Part shown: piece after piece, positions 56,211 through 64,000 of the stretch
Numbering within the stretch: the first letter of the stretch is position 1
Layout: the number at the start of each line of letters is the position of its first letter
Origin: Roseovarius sp.
Lineage (GTDB): Bacteria; Pseudomonadota; Alphaproteobacteria; Rhodobacterales; Rhodobacteraceae
Reading direction: 5' to 3'
Length of the DNA: 64,000 nucleotides
NCBI RefSeq assembly: GCF_048262375.1
Contig: NZ_JBLXFE010000017.1
Location: forward strand, 581-64,580
The notes under the pieces: model-generated
Database searches by the model: none
Seen by the model: only the letters and a program-made list of their open reading frames with translations
Told to the model about the DNA's origin: nothing
Translations under genes and position numbers: made by a program

Positions 56211-57197
56211 CTAGCGGGGCCGCAAGAACCGGATCGGGCCCTCTGCGGTAATCACCAGCGGAGCAGCGTCACCAGCGGTGGCGAACAGCTCGCCATCAAG
56301 ATTGATCTCGCCTTCAAAGCTCAGCGCGATGCGCTCCGCGTGAAAACTCTCATAGCCATTCTGCGCGGTCACATGCCGGTTCGGATGTCCGCGCAGGATC
56401 GACGGAAAGGCGCGGGCAAATCGCAGCGCGCCGCCCCGGATTGCGGTCACTCCGATAGGCGCATCCGCCTTGGCCCAAAACGGCCTGATCCCAAGAAACA
56501 GCCGCCCTAGCGTGCTCGCGACAAGGATCAGCATCGGGGCTTCCTCGCGTGTCACCGGCGCGTCTTTGGCCCCCTGCAAGGTCATCGCCACATGGGTGGG
56601 TTGATAAAACCGGGGGTCTTGACGGATCAGGCCCCAGACCGAACGGATCAGGATCATCCCAAGGCTGATTTCGCCGCCCAAACCCCGTGAATGCACTTCT
56701 TTATGTGCAAATTTTGTGGCCTGCATGATGGCCCCGGTGCCCAGAAACATGCCATAGCGCGCATGCCCATCGGCCGCGCCCTCAACCCGCATGATGTGGC
56801 GTTCGCGAATGTCGCCGTTCAGCGGCGCCCCCCGATCAAGCCACCTGAAAAACCGCTGCAAGGCGCGCCGATGTGTTGACGCGGTGCCAATATCACCCGC
56901 CGTCATATTGGCGGTGCCGCCGGGCAGGATGATGATCAGCGGCAGATTGTCAGCGCACCAGTGGTTGAGGATCATGCCCAACGCGGCAGCAATCGTGCCG
57001 TCCCCCCCGTTGATCGCTACCACGTCGGGCCGCATTGCGGCCAACTGCGGAACAATCTCCTCTGCCTCTTGCGGCGAGCGGGTAACATAATGGCGGACCT
57101 GAGGATAGGCTGACAACCGCGCCTCGATCCGGGCCTGCCATTTGCGGTTATTGCCGCTGGTTGGATTGCTGATCACACAGACGCGCGTCTGGCTCAT
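56211..57197 (-). CDS. Diacylglycerol/sphingosine kinase-family lipid kinase (ceramide kinase CpgB-like)
   Basis: SNPTSG, INGGDGT, LPGGTANMTA and NLDGE. Start at ATG 57197. Confidence 0.87.
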   Translation of the reverse strand: MSQTRVCVISNPTSGNNRKWQARIEARLSAYPQVRHYVTRSPQEAEEIVPQLAAMRPDVVAINGGDGTIAAALGMILNHWCADNLPLIIILPGGTANMTAGDIGTASTHRRALQRFFRWLDRGAPLNGDIRERHIMRVEGAADGHARYGMFLGTGAIMQATKFAHKEVHSRGLGGEISLGMILIRSVWGLIRQDPRFYQPTHVAMTLQGAKDAPVTREEAPMLILVASTLGRLFLGIRPFWAKADAPIGVTAIRGGALRFARAFPSILRGHPNRHVTAQNGYESFHAERIALSFEGEINLDGELFATAGDAAPLVITAEGPIRFLRPR

Positions 57198-57198
57198 G

Positions 57199-58350
57199 TC
57201 AAACCCTCGACAAAAGCTGATCAATTCGGCCTAGGATGCGCGCGACGTCCTCATCCGTGGCCGACAGCGCGGGACGCGTCGTAGACGGGCGCTCCTTGTC
57301 GTCACCCATCCAACTGGCCAGACCTCGATCCACAAGAATCTGGTGAAACCGCGGGAAATGCCGGGTTTGTTGCATCAATCGCAGGTGATAGAGCCCCCGT
57401 GCAAACGCAAGGCGAAGAGACTCGGCAAGCCCCGTATTCCGGCGGGGTTGAAACATCCAAGCCGCCGCGCGGCGGCGCGCATCATCCAGCGTGCCCAGCC
57501 AGCCAAACGGCAGTGGCAAAATTTCGAGCGGTTTGCCAAGACGGGCCACCTCGACCTGCATCGAGATACTGTCGCCGGTTACAATGAACCGATCCGCCAG
57601 CGCCAAAAGACCGGTATACGGGTTCTCGCTCTCGGGTTGGCCCCAGTCAAACACCCGCAGCGCGTCGGGAAACCCTGCACAGATCCGGTTTAGAAATCCG
57701 TCAGGGGTGCGCCGTGATCCGACGACATAGGGCGTCCCGCCTGTCTCCAGGACCTGCGCAATCCGGGCGCGCAATCGCTCTTCCAACTCGGCGTTGTAGA
57801 CAAACGGGCTGGTCGGACCGCCAATCAGAAAAACCACCAATGGACGCGGCAGATCAGCCCAGGCCGCCTGCCAGTTTTTGCGCCCCGACTCGAGCCGTTC
57901 CGGGCTGATCTTCATCAGGGGCAGATCAATCTGCATCACATTCTCAAAGGGTGCGGGCAGGGTCTCGGCGCTGGTCACGATCAGATCGAATTTCGCCATC
58001 TGATGCGAAAACCACCCGGCAGGTTTGCCCACCAGCACGATCCGCGTGCGCCCGCCCGATTGCTTCTTGATCCAGAGCGCCACATTTGCCGGGCGCCGTC
58101 CCCGCGTCAGGATCAGATCCGGCCAAGGCGGCTCAATAGGATCGCTGAGGCTCAGATCGACATGATGCAGGGTCGCGCCGACGCGCGGCTTGCCATGCAC
58201 ATAGCGCGGCAGCATCTCCAGATGCCGCAATTCCGAGGTCCAGCCGCGCTGCTGCGCCAGGGCCTCGGCGACAATATCGACCTGCGCATTATCGCCACGC
58301 TTGTCACTCAGAACCCGCCAGATGCGGGGGGGGGCCTTGGGCTGGCTCAT
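57199..58350 (-). CDS. ELM1/GtrOC1-family putative glycosyltransferase (paralog 3)
   Basis: DKRGDNAQVDIVAEALA, RGRRPAN, IGGPTSP, GSRRTP, NPYTGLLALADRFIVTGDSISMQVEV. Confidence 0.8.
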   Translation of the reverse strand: MSQPKAPPRIWRVLSDKRGDNAQVDIVAEALAQQRGWTSELRHLEMLPRYVHGKPRVGATLHHVDLSLSDPIEPPWPDLILTRGRRPANVALWIKKQSGGRTRIVLVGKPAGWFSHQMAKFDLIVTSAETLPAPFENVMQIDLPLMKISPERLESGRKNWQAAWADLPRPLVVFLIGGPTSPFVYNAELEERLRARIAQVLETGGTPYVVGSRRTPDGFLNRICAGFPDALRVFDWGQPESENPYTGLLALADRFIVTGDSISMQVEVARLGKPLEILPLPFGWLGTLDDARRRAAAWMFQPRRNTGLAESLRLAFARGLYHLRLMQQTRHFPRFHQILVDRGLASWMGDDKERPSTTRPALSATDEDVARILGRIDQLLSRV

Positions 58351-59330
58351 TCTGCCGTTTTATCCGCGGATGCAGCCGGCCCATAGCCGTAGACCGGGTC
58401 CAGCCGTTCGGCCACCAGCGCGTCGATCACCTCGATCTGCGCATCCTCGAAATAATCCCGGTAGCCGCCCACCTTGGCGCGGCGCGTCTTGTAGCTGTCG
58501 GGGTTGCTCTGATCGCCGGGGGCCATGCGCGCGCCACTGAGGCGAAAACTGTTCTCGGCCTCTTTCTTTTTCATGTTTTCGAAATCGGCGTAGTTCACCG
58601 CCTCTTGAATGACGGTGGCATCGGCCGGAATATCAAGAAACCGGGCGACCTGTGTCAGGGTCTCATGCGGATTCGCGCGCATATCCTCGTAACGAATGAG
58701 GCTCAGCGCGCGCACCTTGTCGGTCTCACGCGCCCAGATGTTCATAAAGTCGATAATCTTGGGCAGCCCGCCCCCCTCGTGCAGCACAAAGTCATAGATC
58801 GAACTGTCGTCGCCATGCGGCAGGTATTCGTTCAAGAGCTTCTTCTCGGAGGGCATCCGAAAGCGCCACTGGAAAAACTGCGACACCGCCACATCGCGCG
58901 GATCGCGCATCATCAACAGCACTTTCTTGTCGTAGAAATCGACCTTGCTGTCGGTGTGGCCTGTGTAATCGCCGATATAATTGTCATGCGTAAAGAACAG
59001 CCTCGGCACCCGGCTGTCCATGTTGTGGAAATTGTCGAACCCGATCAGAATATCCTCGGGCAGGTCATAAACCTGCTGATAAAGCCGCGAAATCATCACC
59101 CGCAGCCATGTGCGCCCGCTTTTGCCAAATGAGACCACCACGGCATCGGCCCGTTGCAGGCTGGCATATTGCTCGCGCCCGCGCATCTGCCGCTCGGCGC
59201 GGATGCGTTCGGCCTGATCGGCCCCCTTCAGATCCATCTTCAACTTGAGAAGACGCCGACTGGCCTTGCGCCAGACGACCTTGCTTGCCTCAGGAAACGA
59301 CGCACGCAAAAGACGAAATGTATCGCTCAT
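58347..59330 (-). CDS. PAPS-dependent sulfotransferase (Sulfotransfer_1 family), paralog 2
   Basis: SFGKSGRTW, MRDPRDVAVS, RYEDM, FENMKKKE and RRAKVGGYRDYF. ATGA overlap with ELM1 paralog 3. Confidence 0.9.
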   Translation of the reverse strand: MSDTFRLLRASFPEASKVVWRKASRRLLKLKMDLKGADQAERIRAERQMRGREQYASLQRADAVVVSFGKSGRTWLRVMISRLYQQVYDLPEDILIGFDNFHNMDSRVPRLFFTHDNYIGDYTGHTDSKVDFYDKKVLLMMRDPRDVAVSQFFQWRFRMPSEKKLLNEYLPHGDDSSIYDFVLHEGGGLPKIIDFMNIWARETDKVRALSLIRYEDMRANPHETLTQVARFLDIPADATVIQEAVNYADFENMKKKEAENSFRLSGARMAPGDQSNPDSYKTRRAKVGGYRDYFEDAQIEVIDALVAERLDPVYGYGPAASADKTAE

Positions 59331-59545
59331 ATGCTTATCCGGACCTGTCCAGCCCCGATTGTTCGGGCTGCGGTCTTGCCTTTTTCAAACACATCAAAGG
59401 GTGACCTGGCCAGTTTGTGATCATCTGTTCGGACTGCGTCACGCATGGGCATGGCCTTTTTTTCCGTTCTCACGAAATCCATCCGGCTCGTGATTGGTTC
59501 TCGGTCGCTTACTCATTTTAGCCGAATATTGCCATATCAAAAGCA

Positions 59546-61510
59546 TCACAGCCTGTTGGACAGCGGCCCCGCCAACGCAGCCGCAATTGTTGGTCCGAAC
59601 AGATGCTCGCCGCAGGGGCTCAGATGGTCCACATCCCAGAATGTCAGACAGTCCTGCTGCACCAGCGTATCCGCGTCAAACGCCAGCGCGTCAAACAGCG
59701 AAACGTAGCGATAGGCTGACTGGTCAGCCGCCAGCGCCTTGATCTCGTCTTCCAGCAGCGAAAAGTGATCAAGCGCGACCGGGTTGAACCGCAAACGATC
59801 CGGGCTGTAGTTTTCCGGGTTGTTGAGATCCAGACGCGCCTCGGCAAATGGGCCAAGCCACACCACGTCCAACTCCTCGTGAAACTTGGCAAGATATTCC
59901 GAAGTTTTCGCGATATTGTCTTGCGCAAAGCGCGCTCTGACGCCTGTCTCGAACGCCGCATCACTGTCGCCCTCATTGCGATGATCTAGGATGTAATGCG
60001 ATCCGGAGACGTGAAAAATCACTTGAGAGATGGCGGCGCGGTGCTGTTCCAGAAACGGCACTACCGCATCATAAGAGCATTTGGCCTTGTGCTGATAGGG
60101 GCGGCACCCGCCGCGCGTGAGGCCCACAAGAAACGGCAGACGTTCGGTGCTCCGCAGCGCGTTATAGATGTTCTCGGCATGGGAATCGCCCAGCACGAAC
60201 ACCGCTGGCCCGTGTTCCGCAGCGCAGGTTTCCAGCCGACTGGTAAAGTCATCATCCAGCTCTTCGGCCCGGAACCGGCATCCATCATCCGCAACACGGG
60301 ATCTGGTGGCCTGCGGGCTGAACTGTTCGAAATTGGCGCGCGCCGCCGCATCAAGCCTGTGCTCAAGATAAAAGGCGCGGAAACCCTCGGTTTGCAGGCC
60401 TGTCAGCCCGATACCGCCCAGAATCGCCATGCAGAGCGCCGCCGCCCCAAAAAGACGGCGCGGCGCTAGATCATGCATACGCCGAAACGGTCGCTCGACA
60501 TAGCGCCAGCTCAGACAGGCGATCACAAAGGCCAACACGCAGACGCCGAACAACAGCGTCGCATCATCGCGCCCGGTTCCGATCCGGGTAAACACCAAGA
60601 GCGGCACATGCCACAGATAAAGCGAGTAGCTGACCAGTCCGACAAAGACCACCGGACGCCAGCCAAGGATCTGGCCCGCAAGGCTCTGGGGGGTGGCAAA
60701 GGCGATGATCAGAACCGCGCCCAAGCAGGGCAAAAGCGCCGCCACCCCCGGAAACGCGGTCTCGTTGTCATAGGCAAAGACCGCCGTCAGGATCATTGCC
60801 AACCCCAACAATGCGGCAAGGCGAAAGCGTCCGCTGTCGCGCAGGTCCGTGCCACGCGCGCTGGTCAGCCAATAGGCCGTGAGCGCCCCCGCCATCAGCT
60901 CCCAGAGCCGCGTGTGCAGCAGGAAAAACGCGCGCGCACCCTCGCCGCGCCCAATATGCCACTGTGCAAATCCAAGACTGACAAGCGCGAGCGCAAAAAA
61001 CAGGGCCGCCTGACCCTTTGGTCCCGCCCGCCAGCTCAGCAGCACCGCCATTGGAAAGAGCAGATAGAACTGTTCCTCGACCGAGAGGCTCCAATTGTGC
61101 AAAAGCGGCTTCAACTCGGCTGCTGTCGCGAAATATCCGCTCACCTCCAGAAAATAGGTATTCGCAAAGAACACCGTCGAGGCCGCGATACTGCCCGAAA
61201 ACTCCTTCATCGCCGAAGGATCAAGCAAGGCCCAAGCGATTGGATAACTCACCGCCATCATCACAAACAGCGCCGGAAAGATCCGGCGAATCCGACGGCC
61301 ATAGAATCCGGTCAGGGTGAAATTACCGGCCCGCCGCTCGCTCAGGATAATCGAGGTGATGAGATAGCCGGAAATGACAAAGAACACGTCTACCCCGACA
61401 AACCCACCGGGAAAGCCCGCAATCCCGGCATGGTATAGCACCACGGGCAGGATCGCGATCGCGCGCAGACCATCGACTTCGGGCCTGTATTTCATCATCG
61501 TAATGCTCAT
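59546..61510 (-). CDS. OafA-type O-acyltransferase (Acyltransferase_3 TM domain plus periplasmic SGNH domain)
   Basis: YRPEVDGLRAIA, GGFVGVDVFFVISGYLI, HNWSLSVEEQFY, SYSLYLWH; SGNH motifs LGDSHA and DVDHLS. Confidence 0.92.
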   Translation of the reverse strand: MSITMMKYRPEVDGLRAIAILPVVLYHAGIAGFPGGFVGVDVFFVISGYLITSIILSERRAGNFTLTGFYGRRIRRIFPALFVMMAVSYPIAWALLDPSAMKEFSGSIAASTVFFANTYFLEVSGYFATAAELKPLLHNWSLSVEEQFYLLFPMAVLLSWRAGPKGQAALFFALALVSLGFAQWHIGRGEGARAFFLLHTRLWELMAGALTAYWLTSARGTDLRDSGRFRLAALLGLAMILTAVFAYDNETAFPGVAALLPCLGAVLIIAFATPQSLAGQILGWRPVVFVGLVSYSLYLWHVPLLVFTRIGTGRDDATLLFGVCVLAFVIACLSWRYVERPFRRMHDLAPRRLFGAAALCMAILGGIGLTGLQTEGFRAFYLEHRLDAAARANFEQFSPQATRSRVADDGCRFRAEELDDDFTSRLETCAAEHGPAVFVLGDSHAENIYNALRSTERLPFLVGLTRGGCRPYQHKAKCSYDAVVPFLEQHRAAISQVIFHVSGSHYILDHRNEGDSDAAFETGVRARFAQDNIAKTSEYLAKFHEELDVVWLGPFAEARLDLNNPENYSPDRLRFNPVALDHFSLLEDEIKALAADQSAYRYVSLFDALAFDADTLVQQDCLTFWDVDHLSPCGEHLFGPTIAAALAGPLSNRL

Positions 61511-61544
61511 GTTACCTGTCTGGTGCCCGCTCAGCCGACGCGGA

Positions 61545-62222
61545 TCACGCCATCCGTTCTACGGTCTGATAGGCCTTCTTGCGGTTCTTCGCGAAGCCAA
61601 ACTTCTTGCGCCGCCCCGTGGCGGTCGAGGTGATGAGCCGAAAGGACACATCCGTGTGCCGCATCGAAATGGCATGAAACAGCCCCGCCCACCAATCCGG
61701 CGACCGGACCGTGCAATGCACATTCTGCCCATTGGGCAGAACCTTGACCGCCGGGTAACAGGCAACATTGGCGTAGAGAAACTTGCGCGCGTAGCTGAAC
61801 ATCTCATCGACGATCCAAGGCACATCCGGGGTGGTGATATGTTCCAGAACATCGGTGCAGATCACACCGTCATACTGGCAATCCGGCAATTCCTTGAATG
61901 GCTCATGCCCCGGATCGTAACAGCGGATGTCCACACCCCCCCAATATTCCTGAACACTGGGCACCACGACACCCTTTGAGATCGGAACATCGCGCAAGGT
62001 ATAGCCCACACCTTTGCCCGCTCCATAATCAAGAATGCTGGTCGCGCCGGTGCGCTCGATCATCTCTTTGATACCGGGGGCATGCCGGATCAGCATCTTG
62101 CCCGGAAAGGTCTGTTTGCCGGATTTTCCGGCAGACGCCTCACCGTCTTCGTGCAGCGTCTCATACATGGCAACCATGTCGAGGTATTCGGGGCTGGGAT
62201 TGCCGCGCGTATATGACGTCAT
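61545..62222 (-). CDS. Class I SAM-dependent methyltransferase
   Basis: ILDYGAGKG, CYDPG and ICTDVLEHI. Start at ATG 62222 (MTSYTRGNPSPEY). Confidence 0.85.
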   Translation of the reverse strand: MTSYTRGNPSPEYLDMVAMYETLHEDGEASAGKSGKQTFPGKMLIRHAPGIKEMIERTGATSILDYGAGKGVGYTLRDVPISKGVVVPSVQEYWGGVDIRCYDPGHEPFKELPDCQYDGVICTDVLEHITTPDVPWIVDEMFSYARKFLYANVACYPAVKVLPNGQNVHCTVRSPDWWAGLFHAISMRHTDVSFRLITSTATGRRKKFGFAKNRKKAYQTVERMA

Positions 62223-62518
62223 TGGGGCTTCCATTCTCGCAAAGATGTGGTCCGTCGCCCGGACTGCCGACCTCATAGTGGCTAAAGCGCGGCGTTTCGA
62301 TACGAAAAATGCCTCTGCCCCCCTGAAAGCGGCAAAAGAACGCACAAAACCCGCCGTGGGCGTCGCAAGACATGTCTCCAAAACTTTAATTTTTGCTGCG
62401 CCGAACTTTGTACGGTTCTTGCACGTCGATCATGTGAATGGTACGGATCGCAAAAGAGCACAATTTTATCGGTACCTATACTTACACGTTAACGGCTCTA
62501 GGTAGAGATAGGACCAAT

Positions 62519-64000
62519 ATGATTGTCATCTTTAATCAAGAGACACTAAACTCGCAGACTACGGTCACCCCAGAGATGTTTGGTGCCAATCTGACGGTCG
62601 CGACAGACATTTCCTTGCGAGATGAGGTGATTGGTCGGTTTGACGAGGCTGGCATCACCGGATTGAGATTTCCCGGCGGCTCCATCACCGAAAGCCATTT
62701 CGACATTTCGGATATTGCGGGCGGCAGTCACAATCGGACGGTCGGATCTTTTCAGAATGCGCCTGACCTTGATCTGATTGCCTTTTCCGACTTCATTGAT
62801 CTGGCTGCCAGCGTTGGCGCCCGCGCGACTCTGGTCGTTCCCACTGCTGTTGGGTTCACACAGACAGCAGGCGAGGCGCTTTTGGCCGGAACCTACGGCA
62901 ACCGGAGCGTATCAACCGAATATATTGCTGATGTGGTCGATTTCGTGACCGTGGCGATGCAAGAGGCGGAACAGGCCGGTGTGACCATCAAAGCCTTTGA
63001 GATCGGCAATGAATTCTGGGGCTCGGGCCGGATGACCGCACATGAATACGGCAATCTGGCAGCCGTCGTGTCCCAGACCATTGAAACCACGCTGCTGGGG
63101 CTGGGGATTGCGCGCGCCGACCAACCGGACATCGTTGTTCAAACCCTCAGCTCGGCCGGGTTGTTTTCCCCCAACGGTCACAGCACGGTCTATGTCGATG
63201 CAAGCACAGGTTTTGTCTATGAGCCTAACCAAATCGGTGGCGCCGACACACCTCCGCTCAGCCAGTTGACAGAGATGGTCGTGCCCGAGCAGGGCAATGC
63301 CCGCGTCCAGAACCTTGTTGTCATCTCCGCCTTCGAACAGAACAACGTTATCGCCCAGACAGACACCGGCGCGTTCCTTTCCATCGACACGCGAGAGGCC
63401 GCCAATGCGATCGACGGGGTGAGCGATCACTACTATGTCAGCGGCGGATTCGACTCCGTAAATACCGAGGAACAATTCGGCTTTAATCAACTCAGGCTCT
63501 GGCGTGAGAGCTTGGGGGGGCGAAACCTGACCCTGCCGGAGTTGGACTTCTACATCACCGAATGGAACTCGATCCGAAACGGAGATGTCGACATTGCCAA
63601 TAACCGTGGTCTCCAGCAGGCCGCAATGAATGTCGAGATGCTCTTCGAAATGGTCTCCCAAGATGTGACCTCCGCAAATTTCTGGCCGTCTCTGTTCGAT
63701 TTCAGCCGCTCGGTAACCTTGGTTTGCACCTGCCGCATGCATCTCACCATCGCCGGTGAGGCCTATTCGCAGTTGTCCCAAACCATCGGCATGACACCCG
63801 TGCTGGACTTCCGTGACGCAAACAATCTGTCCATCCACGGATTTGAATCCGGCCCGGAGTCCCTCTTCATCCTGTCAGAGCGCAGCGGCGCCGAGAACGC
63901 TTTGACGCTCGACTTCAGCACGGTGCTTCAGCCCGATGCAACCCTGTACCGGATTTCATGGACGGAGCTTTGGGATGGCGGGGCCGGAGGTCAGGATGAA
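62519..64000 (+). CDS. Large clan GH-A glycoside-hydrolase-like protein (GH44/51/79-like TIM barrel); runs off the window
   Basis: Not in the ORF track. Manual translation from ATG 62519 is open to the end of the window: MIVIFNQE...EMFGANL...GLRFPGGS...FEIGNEFWG...DHYY...YITEWN. No signal peptide. Confidence 0.8.
   Translation, partial: MIVIFNQETLNSQTTVTPEMFGANLTVATDISLRDEVIGRFDEAGITGLRFPGGSITESHFDISDIAGGSHNRTVGSFQNAPDLDLIAFSDFIDLAASVGARATLVVPTAVGFTQTAGEALLAGTYGNRSVSTEYIADVVDFVTVAMQEAEQAGVTIKAFEIGNEFWGSGRMTAHEYGNLAAVVSQTIETTLLGLGIARADQPDIVVQTLSSAGLFSPNGHSTVYVDASTGFVYEPNQIGGADTPPLSQLTEMVVPEQGNARVQNLVVISAFEQNNVIAQTDTGAFLSIDTREAANAIDGVSDHYYVSGGFDSVNTEEQFGFNQLRLWRESLGGRNLTLPELDFYITEWNSIRNGDVDIANNRGLQQAAMNVEMLFEMVSQDVTSANFWPSLFDFSRSVTLVCTCRMHLTIAGEAYSQLSQTIGMTPVLDFRDANNLSIHGFESGPESLFILSERSGAENALTLDFSTVLQPDATLYRISWTELWDGGAGGQDE

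Overview
This 64-kb chromosomal window comes from a high-GC alphaproteobacterium, most likely Roseobacter group (inferred from gene order and protein style). Bases 1-22.6 kb are conserved core genome: erpA/iscA (partial), dgt, argS, a SPOR protein, nagZ, scpAB, dcd, tRNA-Pro, merR-ihfA-fabH-plsX-rpmF-yceD, bamE, a glsB/olsB-type aminolipid N-acyltransferase, uup, a K+ channel, an SDR, abrB, iorAB-like genes and tRNA-Thr(UGU). Accessory DNA begins directly after tRNA-Thr with a truncated integrase-like ORF. Next comes a catabolic/uptake module at 23.4-35.2 kb (cytoplasmic DMSO-reductase-family enzyme, 2,4'-dihydroxyacetophenone-dioxygenase-like cupin, MarR, LIV-type ABC transporter, quinone oxidoreductase, Gfo/Idh/MocA, amidase), then a Na/Pi cotransporter. 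The main finding is a 21-gene cluster at 38.6-62.2 kb that encodes an apparently complete bacterial ceramide pathway: acyl-ACP synthetase, CerR-like reductase, dedicated ACP, serine palmitoyltransferase and a bCerS-like GNAT. It is interleaved with an unusual tailoring set: an FA2H/Scs7-like hydroxylase between two LpxL-family acyltransferases, two PAPS-dependent sulfotransferases, three ELM1/GtrOC1-type putative glycosyltransferases, a GT-A glycosyltransferase, a ceramide-kinase-like DAGK, Tam41-like and MobA-like nucleotidyltransferases, a metallophosphoesterase, an MsbA-like exporter, an OafA-type O-acyltransferase and a methyltransferase. The inferred product is a sulfated, extra-acylated (glyco)sphingolipid exported to the cell surface. 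The window ends inside a large clan GH-A glycoside-hydrolase-like ORF. All family assignments come from motif recognition without database searches, and locus tags of reference pathways are recalled from memory and should be verified.
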